Part shown: in pieces, positions 18,926 to 29,354 of the stretch
How positions within the stretch are numbered: position 1 is the first letter of the stretch
Layout of the letters: each line of letters begins with the position of its first letter
Assembly (NCBI RefSeq): GCF_964059045.1
Contig: NZ_OZ060402.1
Location: 180,001-212,000, forward strand
Direction: 5' to 3'
Source: Candidatus Saccharimonadota bacterium
GTDB taxonomy: Bacteria > Pseudomonadota > Gammaproteobacteria > Enterobacterales > Enterobacteriaceae
DNA: 32,000 nt
Program-made: the position numbers and the translations under genes
Notes under the pieces: generated by a model
The model's input: the letters and a program-made list of their open reading frames with translations, nothing else
The model's database searches: none
What the model was told of the DNA's origin: nothing

Positions 18926-20215
18926 TTATTTTTTTAATAAAAATTGACGTAATTTATTGAAATCAGGTTTCATTTTATGAGATAATAAAGGTAAATGGTT
19001 TCTTTCTTCAAGAGTTTTAGGTAAAATAATTATTTTTTTTAAAATATTTTCTACTGATTGTTTAAACTTAGCAGGATGTGCAGTTCCTAAAAATAAACCA
19101 AACTCGTCTTTTTGAACACTTTTTTTTAATAATCTGTAAGCTACAGCAGCATGAGGTTCAGAAATATAACCTAAATGATCTAGTTTTTTTAAAGTTTTTA
19201 TGGTTTCATTATCTGAAACTCTACCAAATCCTAAATCTTTTAAATTCCAATTATTAATTTTAAATAATTCTTCTACACGAGGCCAGTTATTTGGTTGACT
19301 AATATCCATTGCATTAGATAATGTTGAAATTGTATTATTTGGACTCCATTGACCTGTTTCAAGAAATCTAGGAACAGTATCATTGGCATTAGTAGCAGCT
19401 ATAAAAGATTCTATTGGTAAACCGATAGATTTCGCTAATAATCCAGCAGTTAAATTACCGAAATTACCGCATGGTACTGCGATAATTATTTTTTTTTGTT
19501 GTTGAGTAGAGATAAGTGAAAAAGCTTCAAAATAATAACAAATTTGAGCAAGTAATCTGCTAATATTAATAGAATTAGCTGAATTTAATCCTATTTCTAT
19601 TTTTAGTTCTTGATCATTAAATGCTTGTTTTACAAGTTTTTGACATTCGTCAAAACTACCATTAACAGCAATAGTTGTAATATTTTTACCTAATGTACAA
19701 AATAATTTTTCTTGGTATTCACTAATTTTTCCTTGAGGATACAAGATTATTACTCTCACGTTTTTCATCTTATAAAATGCATGAGCTACAGCAGCACCTG
19801 TATCTCCAGATGTTGCAGTTAATATAGTCATAACTTCGTTTTGATGATTTAAATAAGATAGAATTTGAGCCATAAAACGTGCTCCAAAATCTTTGAATGC
19901 TAATGTAGGACCGTGAAATAATTCAAAACAAGCTATATTTTCTTCTACATATACTATTTTTGGAATAGAACAAGAAAAAGCATTTTTTACAGATTGATAT
20001 AATTTTTGTTCTTGAATTTCATCTCCAATAAACATTGATAGTATTTTACTACTTCGCTCAATAAAGTTCATATCTAGAATTTTTAAAAGTGTTTTTGAAC
20101 TTATTTTAGGTATTTGATTAGGGAAAAATAATCCTTGTTTGTTACCTAATCCTAATTTAATTGCTTGCGCAAAATTTACTTGTTCTTGATGATCTTTTAA
20201 GTTATATAATTTCAT
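18926..20215 (-). CDS. thrC: Threonine synthase
   Basis: 429 aa versus 428 in E. coli. MKLYNLKD N-terminus, PLP-lysine block FHGPTLAFKDFGARF, and ATSGDTGAA. Confidence 0.95.
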   Translation of the reverse strand: MKLYNLKDHQEQVNFAQAIKLGLGNKQGLFFPNQIPKISSKTLLKILDMNFIERSSKILSMFIGDEIQEQKLYQSVKNAFSCSIPKIVYVEENIACFELFHGPTLAFKDFGARFMAQILSYLNHQNEVMTILTATSGDTGAAVAHAFYKMKNVRVIILYPQGKISEYQEKLFCTLGKNITTIAVNGSFDECQKLVKQAFNDQELKIEIGLNSANSINISRLLAQICYYFEAFSLISTQQQKKIIIAVPCGNFGNLTAGLLAKSIGLPIESFIAATNANDTVPRFLETGQWSPNNTISTLSNAMDISQPNNWPRVEELFKINNWNLKDLGFGRVSDNETIKTLKKLDHLGYISEPHAAVAYRLLKKSVQKDEFGLFLGTAHPAKFKQSVENILKKIIILPKTLEERNHLPLLSHKMKPDFNKLRQFLLKK

Positions 20216-20218
20216 ATT

Positions 20219-21148
20219 TTATCCTATTTTTCTTGTTCCTTTTAAATCTAATTGACAAATATGTACAAAACCATTTTGATTTTTTAAATAATTTTTGCTT
20301 AAATAATTTGATATATCTTCAGCTATTTCTAGATTGTCACTAATAGAAAATAAACTAGGACCTGATCCAGAAATACCACAAGCCATAGCACCAATTTTAA
20401 TTATTTTATTTTTAATTGATAAAAAATTTGGTAATAATTTTATTCTATATGGTTCTGCTATAATATCTTGCATAGATTGAGCTGCTAATTTTTGTTGATT
20501 AGTATAAAGAGCATGAATGAAGATTGCTAAATTACGACTATGTTGTATGCAAGTTTCTCTTTGATATTGCATAGGTAAAATAGATCTTGCTTCAGAGGTT
20601 GATATATTGATTCCAGGCCAAGCAATAATCCAATACCAATTTTTAAAATATGGTAGTTGTTGACTGATAATTTTTTTACCTTGTAGAATTAATTGCAAAC
20701 CACCTAAATAACATGGTGAAACATTATCATAATGAACTCCACCAGATAATTTTCCTTCTAATTGACCCATCATTTTTAATAATTCTATTTTTTTGATAGG
20801 TTCAGAACAAAATGTATTTAAAGCAACTAATGTAGAAACAATTGAACAAGCACTAGATCCTAAACCAGATCCAATTGGCATATTTTTTTCTAATTTTATA
20901 GAAACAGGAATATTTTTTTTTATTTTTTTGCAGAATTTCAACCAACAATGCCAAACAATATTATTTTTTATATCTAAAGGAAGTTGGTGTTCAAATTTTC
21001 CTTGATTAATTAAATTAAATTCTTTTGATTTTGTAATGGTAATCACATCACCTAATAAAGTGTTTTTGATAGGTTTTATCGCTACACCTAAAACATCAAA
21101 TCCAACACCAACATTTCCAATAGAAGCAGGTGAATAAATTTTTATCAT
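20219..21148 (-). CDS. thrB: Homoserine kinase
   Basis: 309 aa. [21 protein letters not shown] and GHMP-kinase motif [14 protein letters not shown]. Its position between thrA and thrC matches the thrABC operon. Confidence 0.95.
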   Translation of the reverse strand: MIKIYSPASIGNVGVGFDVLGVAIKPIKNTLLGDVITITKSKEFNLINQGKFEHQLPLDIKNNIVWHCWLKFCKKIKKNIPVSIKLEKNMPIGSGLGSSACSIVSTLVALNTFCSEPIKKIELLKMMGQLEGKLSGGVHYDNVSPCYLGGLQLILQGKKIISQQLPYFKNWYWIIAWPGINISTSEARSILPMQYQRETCIQHSRNLAIFIHALYTNQQKLAAQSMQDIIAEPYRIKLLPNFLSIKNKIIKIGAMACGISGSGPSLFSISDNLEIAEDISNYLSKNYLKNQNGFVHICQLDLKGTRKIG

Positions 21149-21169
21149 TATACTAATTCCTAATATTTA

Positions 21170-23632
21170 TTATAATGTACGAAGTAAGTCAGAAAATACT
21201 CCAGCAGCTGTAACATTATTTCCTGCTCCATATCCTCGTAATACTAATGGCATAGGTTGGTAATATTGGCTATAAAATGCTAATGCATTTTCTCCATTTT
21301 TAATTTTATATAATGGATCATTTTCATCAATTTCTTCAATTCTTACTTGACATTCTCCGGAGAGATCGATAATTCCGACATATCTTAAAACTTTTCCAAA
21401 TTTTTTAGCTTGGTTAAATTTTTTATAAAATAAATTATCTAATTTTTTTAGTTCAACCATAAATTGATTAATATCTGATATTGCATCAAAATATTTTGGT
21501 AAAATTGATTCTATTTTGATATCATTTAGTTCTATTTTGTATCCGACTTCTCTGGCTAAAATTAATAATTTTCTAGCAACATCTATTCCTGATAAATCAT
21601 CGCGAGGATCTGGTTCGGTAAAACCAAGTTTTTTTGCTTTAATTGTAGCATTGGAAAAACTAGTATTATTATCTAGTTCTCCAAAAATAAAAGATAGAGA
21701 ACCAGATAGTACACCACGAAAATGTAGAAATTTATCTCCAGTACTGATTAATTTTTGTAAATTTTCAATTATAGGTAATCCAGCTCCAACATTTGTTTCA
21801 TATAAAAATTTTTTTTGAAAAACAAAGGCTGTCTTTCTTATTGTTTGATAATATTCGTAACTTTGAGTATTAGCTTTTTTATTTGAAGTTACAACATGAA
21901 ATCCAGAAGAAAGAAATTCTATATATTGATCTGCAATAATTTGACTTGAAGTGCAATCAATGATAATAGGATGTTGTATATAATTGTTTTTTAATATTTT
22001 TTTGATTTCTTGAAAATCAAATAGAAGATTAGATTTGTAAAAATTGTTTTCCCATGCATTCAAATCAATACCTTGTAAATTTAATAGCAATTTTTTTGAA
22101 TTAGCAATACCACAAATTTTGATTTGAATTTTTTTTCTTTTTAAATAATTTATTTGTTTTTTTAATTGTGATAATAGAACTTTTCCTACACCTCCTATTC
22201 CTAAAAGAAAAATTTCCATAACTTGGTTATCATTAAATATTTTTTCATGAATAGCTTTAATGCTATGCATAGTATATTTTTCATTTATTACTATAGATAT
22301 AGTATGATCGGATGATCCTTGAGCTATTGCGAGAATTTTTACTTGATGATGATTCAAAACAGAGAAAATTTTAGAAAATATATTAGATTGAAGTTTTATT
22401 TTTTTTCCAATAATAGATATTATTGATAATTTTTTAATAATTTTTATAGGAGAAACTAAATTATTTTTTATTTCTAATTGAAATTCGTTTTTTAATATAT
22501 ATATAGTTTTTGATAATTGTTTTTCTAAAATACAAAAATTAAGATTAGATTCAGAAGAAGATTGTGTGAGTAACATGATCCATATTTTATGTTTTTCAAT
22601 GGATGATAAAATTCTGTTTGTTACTTTTGGTATATTTTTTATTTCTAAACTAGAAATATTTAACATAATTACATCATTTAAATGTGTAATTCCTGTAATT
22701 GATGCAGGTATTGAATCAATTTTTTCAATTAAATTGTTTGTATTACTAATTAATGTTCCTTCTCCTTTAGGGTTATTAGTATTTTTAATTATGCATGGTA
22801 TATTAAATTTCATAATGGGAAAAATAGTTTTTGGATGTAAAACTTTTGCACCAAAATAAGACAATTCCATAGATTCTTGATAAGAAATTTTTTTGATTAA
22901 ACAAGCATTTAATACTATTCGAGGATCACATGTGTAAATACCATCTACATCTGTCCAAATTTCTAATTTTCTTGCTTTTAAACATGCAGCTAGTATAGCA
23001 GCTGAATAATCAGATCCATTTCTACCAAGTACAACTAATTCTTTTTTTTTGTTACCTGCAATAAACCCAGGCATTAAAATAATGTTTGTTTTAGGAATTT
23101 TGATAGATTCTATATTAATAGATGATTGTTCAATGTCTACGATAGAATCTAATTTATCTCCTGTGGATAATAGTTTTTTAATTGGATTAATTATTGTAAC
23201 AGCATAATTTTTTTCTGTTAAAATAGCTTCCATAATAGCTATTGATAAAATTTCACCACGGGAGACTATAAAAGCATAAATATTTTTTGGACATGTTTTT
23301 AAAATTTGCACACTATATATAATTTTTTTTAATTGAATTAATTGATCATTGATTAATTGTATTATTGGTTGATATAAAAATTTTGGTTTTTTTTGATAAA
23401 TATCATTGACGATATTATTAAAAATATATTTTATTTCTTGAATATTATTTGATATTTCATCATTATTAATTTTATGGTTGGTCATTTTTACTAAATAATT
23501 AGTTATTTTAGAAGGTGCTGATAGAACAATTGCTAACTGTTCCTTTTTGATATCATTGGTAATTATATCCGATACATGTAAAAATTTATCGGCATTTTTT
23601 AATGATGTTCCACCAAATTTTAATACTTTCAT
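21170..23632 (-). CDS. thrA: Bifunctional aspartokinase I / homoserine dehydrogenase I
   Basis: 820 aa, identical in length to E. coli ThrA. MKVLKFGGTS, VLGRNGSDYSAAILAA, WTDVDGIYTCDPR and the C-terminal homoserine dehydrogenase (GIGGVG Rossmann motif, RGYGAGNNVTAAGVFSDLLR). Confidence 0.96.
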   Translation of the reverse strand: MKVLKFGGTSLKNADKFLHVSDIITNDIKKEQLAIVLSAPSKITNYLVKMTNHKINNDEISNNIQEIKYIFNNIVNDIYQKKPKFLYQPIIQLINDQLIQLKKIIYSVQILKTCPKNIYAFIVSRGEILSIAIMEAILTEKNYAVTIINPIKKLLSTGDKLDSIVDIEQSSINIESIKIPKTNIILMPGFIAGNKKKELVVLGRNGSDYSAAILAACLKARKLEIWTDVDGIYTCDPRIVLNACLIKKISYQESMELSYFGAKVLHPKTIFPIMKFNIPCIIKNTNNPKGEGTLISNTNNLIEKIDSIPASITGITHLNDVIMLNISSLEIKNIPKVTNRILSSIEKHKIWIMLLTQSSSESNLNFCILEKQLSKTIYILKNEFQLEIKNNLVSPIKIIKKLSIISIIGKKIKLQSNIFSKIFSVLNHHQVKILAIAQGSSDHTISIVINEKYTMHSIKAIHEKIFNDNQVMEIFLLGIGGVGKVLLSQLKKQINYLKRKKIQIKICGIANSKKLLLNLQGIDLNAWENNFYKSNLLFDFQEIKKILKNNYIQHPIIIDCTSSQIIADQYIEFLSSGFHVVTSNKKANTQSYEYYQTIRKTAFVFQKKFLYETNVGAGLPIIENLQKLISTGDKFLHFRGVLSGSLSFIFGELDNNTSFSNATIKAKKLGFTEPDPRDDLSGIDVARKLLILAREVGYKIELNDIKIESILPKYFDAISDINQFMVELKKLDNLFYKKFNQAKKFGKVLRYVGIIDLSGECQVRIEEIDENDPLYKIKNGENALAFYSQYYQPMPLVLRGYGAGNNVTAAGVFSDLLRTL

Positions 23633-24233
23633 AATTTAAATTCTCTGAATTAATGATAAATAGTTTTTTTGTTTTTTTTTATATTTTTTAATAATTTTAT
23701 GATGATTTTATATATATAATAATTATAAAAATAATTATTATTAATTTTTTAAGATAAAAATCGATTATTGATTTTATAGAATTTGTTAATAGATTATTTA
23801 AATGATAATCAATTTTTTATTAATTGATTAGGATTGTTGAAATTTTTTATTTTTTAAATTAAAAATTTTAACATATATTTATTTTTTTTACTTAATTTTC
23901 ACTATTTTTTTATAAAAATATTTGTGTAAATTTTTATTTTTCTAATTATTATATGGTAATTTTTATATTTTTATATTTATTTAATAATTTTTATTCTATT
24001 CATGATTGTTTGGATTATTTTAATATATGAAATATTTTTATGAATAAATAAAAAAATTTATTAATTTATTTAATATATTTTTTATCTATATAAAAATAAT
24101 ATTTATTTATATGTTTTTAAAAAATTTCATATTGATATGATCTATAAAAATTTCTATATTAACTTTGTTTGAATAATAAAAATCAAGTAAAATATATATA
24201 TATTTATTACTATATAATTATTTACTAATATTT

Positions 24234-24764
24234 ATGAAACATAAAATTAAAGTAATTATTCCTGAATTGATGTTACATGCAAGAATAAATGAACTTGGAA
24301 AACAAATTACTAAAAATTATAAAAATAGTAATAGTAAAATTTTATTAATTGGATTATTACGTGGATCATTTATTTTTCTTGCTGATTTATGCAGAGCTAT
24401 TAAAATTACACATGAAGTAGATTTTATGACAATATCTAGTTATGGAATTGATATTGTATCTTGTAAAGATGTAAAAATTTTAAAAGATTTAGATGAAAGT
24501 ATTTACAATAAACATGTTTTAGTAGTAGAAGATATTATAGATTCAGGTTTAACTGTAAAAAAAGTATTAAATATTTTGCAAGTTAGAGAACCTAAATCCT
24601 TATCAGTTTGTACTTTGTTAGATAAACCACAATGTCGTGAAGTGACTATTGCTGCTGATTATGTAGGTTTTTCTATTCCTGATGGATTTATGGTTGGTTA
24701 TGGTATAGATTATGCTCAAAGATATCGTCATTTACCTTATATTGGAAAAGTTGTTTTTTTGTAA
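24234..24764 (+). CDS. hpt: Hypoxanthine phosphoribosyltransferase
   Basis: 176 aa. [17 protein letters not shown]-binding loop [13 protein letters not shown], and [12 protein letters not shown]. Confidence 0.93.
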   Translation: MKHKIKVIIPELMLHARINELGKQITKNYKNSNSKILLIGLLRGSFIFLADLCRAIKITHEVDFMTISSYGIDIVSCKDVKILKDLDESIYNKHVLVVEDIIDSGLTVKKVLNILQVREPKSLSVCTLLDKPQCREVTIAADYVGFSIPDGFMVGYGIDYAQRYRHLPYIGKVVFL

Positions 24765-25109
24765 AATAGATGAAATTTTATTTAATCATTTAAAATTTAA
24801 ATTATTTTACATATAAAAATATATTTTTATTTTTATTATATATTTAATATTTTTATTAAAATTGATATAATTATCTTTTTTATTTAATATTGAATATATT
24901 ATTATTTTGATTTTTGAATTATCAATGAATTTTTATTTTGATCTATTTTGATAATAAATTAAATATGATTAATTTTAAAAATATTTTTATAGTAATTTTG
25001 TAAGATTTTATAAAAAATATATAATAATTTTTATTCATTAATATTTTTATTTATATACATTATTTATGGAATATCAAGGACAAATGAATATAAAATAATT
25101 AATTAATTT

Positions 25110-26324
25110 TTATTTAGATTGATTAATTAAATATTGAAAAATTTTATATAATTGCATATTTTTTTCTGTTTCTGCTCTCAATAATAGTAATTGACAGGAT
25201 TGATGAAATATTTTTTTATTCGGTAATTTAACATTTATATCATTGAATATTTTTTCTATGTAAAATTGTGATTTCCATATTTCTTTAATCGTAGATATTA
25301 TTTGTTTTGGTAATGCAAGTAATAAAGAAAATTCTGATAAAATTTTATTAATAGAAAATAAAAATGCTTCTTTTTTTTCTATTTTTTTTTCTTTTTGAAT
25401 ATTCATAGTCATTTCTATTTGTATATACCATAATATTGCAGAAAAGAAAAATTCTGGGATAAAATTATTATTTATTTTTTTTTGTATATTATTATCAATT
25501 GTTTTTAAAGTGATAGTACTAATGAGTTGAATTAAATTTTTAGTATGTGTGCTCATTTTTATTTTTGGAAACAGAGACAATAGTTGGAATAAATTAAATT
25601 GTTTTATTTTTTGATAAATATCATATGATTTGCCTGTTTCTAATAGTTTAATAATTTCATTAAATAGTCTAGCAGATGGTATATTTTTTAATAAATTAGC
25701 TAATCTAGAAATAGGTTCAGCAGTTTTTTCTTCAATTTTCATGTTTAATTGAACTGAAAATCTAATAACTCTTAATATTCTTATAGGATCTTCTCTATAT
25801 CTTGTTTCAGGATCGCCTATTAATCTAATTGTTCTTTGTTTTAGATCACTAATTCCTTGGACATAATCTCGAATAGAATAATTAGTAATATCATAATATA
25901 GAGCATTTATTGTTATATCTCTTCTTTGAGCGTCTTCTTCTATCTTGCCAAAAGTGTTGTCACTTAATAACATACCGTTAATAGTTTTTTTGTTTTTTTT
26001 ATAATTCTGGTATTTTGAAATATTTTTTTGATTGCCTCTAAAAGTTGATACTTCAATAAATTCAGTTCTGAACATTACATGAGCGATTCGAAATCGTTTC
26101 CCAACTAATCTAGAATTACGAAAAATTTTTCGTAATTGTTCTGGAGTGGCATTGGTTGTTACATCAAAATCTTTTGGTTTTTTCCCTAATAACAAATCTC
26201 TGACACTACCACCTACTAAATATGCTTGATATCCAGTTTTTTTTAGTCGATTTAATACTTTTATAGCATTTTTGCTAATATTGTTTTTTTTAATATTATA
26301 ATTTTTTTTATTGATTATATTCAT
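25110..26324 (-). CDS. pcnB: Poly(A) polymerase I (shortened at both termini relative to E. coli)
   Basis: AYLVGGSVRDLLLGKKPKDFDVTTNATPEQLRKIFRN, EDAQRRDITINALYY and RLIGDPETRYREDPIRILR are collinear with E. coli PcnB. 404 aa; the Arg-rich C-terminal tail is absent. Confidence 0.93.
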   Translation of the reverse strand: MNIINKKNYNIKKNNISKNAIKVLNRLKKTGYQAYLVGGSVRDLLLGKKPKDFDVTTNATPEQLRKIFRNSRLVGKRFRIAHVMFRTEFIEVSTFRGNQKNISKYQNYKKNKKTINGMLLSDNTFGKIEEDAQRRDITINALYYDITNYSIRDYVQGISDLKQRTIRLIGDPETRYREDPIRILRVIRFSVQLNMKIEEKTAEPISRLANLLKNIPSARLFNEIIKLLETGKSYDIYQKIKQFNLFQLLSLFPKIKMSTHTKNLIQLISTITLKTIDNNIQKKINNNFIPEFFFSAILWYIQIEMTMNIQKEKKIEKKEAFLFSINKILSEFSLLLALPKQIISTIKEIWKSQFYIEKIFNDINVKLPNKKIFHQSCQLLLLRAETEKNMQLYKIFQYLINQSK

Positions 26325-26567
26325 TAGATTAATTTTGTATTGTATATAATATAGTACTATTTTGGTATTTAAGAAATTTTTTGACCTAAATAGTCGATTT
26401 TTAATAAGAAGTAAATAATAATTTATTAAATCAAAATAATTTATTGTATAAAAAATTTTTCAAGATATTCATTATTATTAATTAATTTTTTAAAAAAATT
26501 GATAATTAAGATTGTTCTTATTATTTAAAAACATGAATTAATTTAATTGTTTGTTATTATTTTTATA

Positions 26568-26614
26568 AATTTATTGATCAATAACACATAACAAATGTTA
26601 CTGATCAATAAATT
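26568..26614 (-). terminator. Stem-loop starting 5 nt downstream of the dksA stop codon (possible terminator or RNA-processing element between dksA and pcnB)
   Basis: 26568-26580 (AATTTATTGATCA) is the exact reverse complement of 26602-26614. The stem continues for 5 more bp after one A/C mismatch (26582-26586 with 26596-26600), leaving a 9-nt loop. No clear U-tract follows on the minus strand, so function as an intrinsic terminator is uncertain. Confidence 0.4.
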
Positions 26615-26619
26615 ATCAT

Positions 26620-27075
26620 TTAACCAGACATTTGTTTTTCTCGAATCTCATCTAGTGTTTTACAGTCTATACATAAATTCGCTGTAGGTCTTGCTTCTAA
26701 TCTTTTTATTCCAATTTCAACATTACAAGATTCACAATATCCAAAGTTATTTTCATTGATTTTTTTTAAGGTTTTTTCAATTTTTTTTATTAATTTTCTT
26801 TCACGATCTCGATTTCTTAATTCTAAACTAAATTCTTCTTCTTGAGTTGCTCGATCAATTGGATCTGGAAAATTAGTAGCTTCATCTTGCATATAAGATA
26901 TAGTACGATATACTTCATGTGTCAATTGATGTTTCCAGGCTGTTAATATTTTTTTAAAATGGTTGATTTGATTGGGATTCATATACATTTCATGTTGTGT
27001 TTCTTGATAAGGTGTCACTCCTGCAATGGTCAACATACTTAATGAAGAACGTTTAGCATTGTCCGTTTTGTTCAT
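26620..27075 (-). CDS. dksA: RNA polymerase-binding transcription factor DksA
   Basis: 151 aa, the same length as E. coli DksA. Coiled-coil tip [27 protein letters not shown] and C4 zinc finger [25 protein letters not shown]. Confidence 0.96.
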   Translation of the reverse strand: MNKTDNAKRSSLSMLTIAGVTPYQETQHEMYMNPNQINHFKKILTAWKHQLTHEVYRTISYMQDEATNFPDPIDRATQEEEFSLELRNRDRERKLIKKIEKTLKKINENNFGYCESCNVEIGIKRLEARPTANLCIDCKTLDEIREKQMSG

Positions 27076-27347
27076 TATTATCTCCTAAAGAATAATTAAT
27101 TTTTAATTTACAAATTGATTTGTAAATGTAATTAATATTTTTATTGTTTTAGTATTCTCTTTATTTTATGAAAGAATAAAATTTAAAAATAATTTTTTTT
27201 GCAAACAAAAATATTTTATACTAAATAATAATTTAATCTAATTAAAATATAAAATATTTTTATATTGTTGTTATTTTAATTTTTATAATTAAATTTTATT
27301 AAAAATCAAAATGATTATAACTATATTAAAAATAGATATGGATATAT

Positions 27348-28124
27348 ATGATTTCAAACATTAAATTAATCAAATTTGCGTTATGTATTGAGTATAACGG
27401 CAATAATTACCATGGATGGCAAAAACAAAAAAATATAGTTAGTATACAGGAAAAAATAGAACTAGCTTTATCTTTAGTAGCCAATCATCAAGTCAGAGTG
27501 ACATGTTCTGGTCGAACTGATGCTGGTGTGCATAGTATAGGTCAAGTGATACATTTTGAAACGTATGCTATACGTAAAGAAATATCATGGTTGCTGGGTG
27601 TTAATTCATATTTACCAAATGATATTGTGATTCTTTGGATTAAACAAGTCCCTATGTATTTTCATGCAAGATATTGTGCTTTTTCTCGTGTTTATAGATA
27701 TTTAATTTATAATCGTTCTTTTAGATCAGCGATCTTCATAAATTCTATGCATTATATTTTTCATAATTTAGATATTGAAAAAATGCATTTAGGAGGACAA
27801 TATTTATTAGGAGAACATGATTTTAGTGCATTTAGATCAACTGGATGTCAGTCTAGTACTGCTTTTCGAAATATTCGAAAATTAAATGTGATGAAGAATA
27901 ATTTTTTAGTTATAATAGATATAGAAGCTAATTCTTTTTTATATCATATGGTTAGAAATATTGTAGGAACATTAATTGAAATAGGGTTAAAAAAAAAAAA
28001 GAAATCTTGGATGAAAAAATTATTAAAAAGTAAAAATAGACATTTATGTGGACCAACAGTACAGGCTAGAGGTTTGTATTTGTTACAAGTAAAGTATCCA
28101 TCTTATTTTGATTTACCTAGTTAA
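27348..28124 (+). CDS. truA: tRNA pseudouridine(38-40) synthase
   Basis: IEYNGNNYHGWQKQ, catalytic Asp block SGRTDAGVHS, YRYLIYN, GEHDFSAFR and FLYHMVRNIVG are collinear with E. coli TruA. Confidence 0.94.
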   Translation: MISNIKLIKFALCIEYNGNNYHGWQKQKNIVSIQEKIELALSLVANHQVRVTCSGRTDAGVHSIGQVIHFETYAIRKEISWLLGVNSYLPNDIVILWIKQVPMYFHARYCAFSRVYRYLIYNRSFRSAIFINSMHYIFHNLDIEKMHLGGQYLLGEHDFSAFRSTGCQSSTAFRNIRKLNVMKNNFLVIIDIEANSFLYHMVRNIVGTLIEIGLKKKKKSWMKKLLKSKNRHLCGPTVQARGLYLLQVKYPSYFDLPS

Positions 28125-28260
28125 TTTATATTTTTATTATTAATGAGTTCATTGTTAATAGTATTTACAATACATATAATTTTTATAACAAAAATTATAT
28201 TATTATTTATGTATGTTTTATCTATTTTATTAAAATAATAATGTATTAAAAGGTATTATA

Positions 28261-29352
28261 ATGAATAAAAAATATAAAATTGCAGTATTGTCAGGCGATG
28301 GTATTGGTCCTGAAATTATGCAAGAAGGATATAAAATTTTAGATGTAGTTAAAAAAAAATATTCATTAAATTTAGATACTATCGAATATGATATTGGAGG
28401 TGTAGCCATTGATAAATTTGGAACTGCTTTACCAAAAGAGACCTTACGTGGTTGTGAAAATTCCAATGCTATTTTATTTGGTGCAGTAGGTGGTCCAAAA
28501 TGGAATAATATCTCTGCAGAATGTCAACCAGAAAGAGCAGCTTTGTTGCCTTTAAGGAAGCATTTTAATTTATTTTCCAATCTGCGTCCAGCAAAATTAC
28601 ATCGTGATTTAATTCATTTGTCACCTCTTCGTGCTGAAATAGTGTCTTCTGGTTTTGATATTCTTTTTGTTCGTGAATTAACTGGAGGCATTTATTATGG
28701 AAAACCAAAAGGTAGAAAAAAAACTATTTCTAGTGAATTTGCTTTTGATACATCTATGTATTATGTTTATGAAATAGAACGAATTGCTAAAATTGCATTT
28801 GAGTTAGCACGTAAAAGAAATAAAAAATTAACTTCTATTGATAAATCCAATGTATTAGAAACTTCAATATTATGGCGAGAAATAGTGAATAAAATATCAA
28901 AAAATTATCTTGATGTTGATGTCACACATTTATATGTTGATAATGCATGTATGCAAATTATTAAAGATCCTCATTCTTTTGATGTAATTTTATCTTCTAA
29001 TTTATTTGGAGATATTTTATCTGATGAATGTGCAATATTAACTGGTTCTATTGGTATGTTGCCTTCGGCTAGTTTAAATGATAATTATTTTGGTTTATAT
29101 GAACCAGCAGGAGGATCAGCACCAGATATAGCTGGTAAAAATATTTCTAATCCTATTGCTTTAATTTTATCCATCGCAATGTTATTTAGGTATAGTTTAA
29201 AATTATATAGTGTAGCTAATGAAATAGAATGGGCTGTGGATGAGGTATTAAAGTTTGGTTTTAGGACTTTTGATATTTCTAATCAAATTAATTATGTCAG
29301 TACTCAAGAAATGGGTAGTAAAATTGCGTTTTTTTTGAAAAACAAGGAGTAG
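28261..29352 (+). CDS. leuB: 3-isopropylmalate dehydrogenase
   Basis: 363 aa, the same as E. coli. [43 protein letters not shown] and [21 protein letters not shown]. Confidence 0.96.
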   Translation: MNKKYKIAVLSGDGIGPEIMQEGYKILDVVKKKYSLNLDTIEYDIGGVAIDKFGTALPKETLRGCENSNAILFGAVGGPKWNNISAECQPERAALLPLRKHFNLFSNLRPAKLHRDLIHLSPLRAEIVSSGFDILFVRELTGGIYYGKPKGRKKTISSEFAFDTSMYYVYEIERIAKIAFELARKRNKKLTSIDKSNVLETSILWREIVNKISKNYLDVDVTHLYVDNACMQIIKDPHSFDVILSSNLFGDILSDECAILTGSIGMLPSASLNDNYFGLYEPAGGSAPDIAGKNISNPIALILSIAMLFRYSLKLYSVANEIEWAVDEVLKFGFRTFDISNQINYVSTQEMGSKIAFFLKNKE

Positions 29353-29354
29353 TA

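Noticed and set aside
23633-23800. Search for a thrL-type leader peptide or attenuator upstream of thrA (minus strand).
   Set aside because: G residues on the + strand are almost absent here, so there are no clustered ACN (Thr) codons on the minus strand. No terminator-like hairpin precedes thrA.
27106-27127. 22-bp palindrome ATTTACAAAT-TG-ATTTGTAAAT, 31-52 nt upstream of the dksA start, considered as an operator site.
   Set aside because: 10-bp AT-rich arms are within chance expectation for this composition. No cognate regulator is suggested by the context. I noted it but do not claim a function.
27150-27180. TTCTCTTTATTTT...AAAGAATAAAAT, an apparent repeat in the dksA-truA spacer.
   Set aside because: On checking, it is a mirror-complement arrangement, not a reverse complement, so it cannot form a hairpin. 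It is low-complexity sequence.
28143-28238. 31-codon ORF ([31 protein letters not shown]) just upstream of leuB, considered as a leu leader peptide.
   Set aside because: It has no run of consecutive Leu codons like leuL. Only 22 nt separate its stop from the leuB ATG, so there is no room for terminator/antiterminator structures. An open frame of this length is expected by chance several times in this amount of AT-rich spacer (about 3% per frame start).
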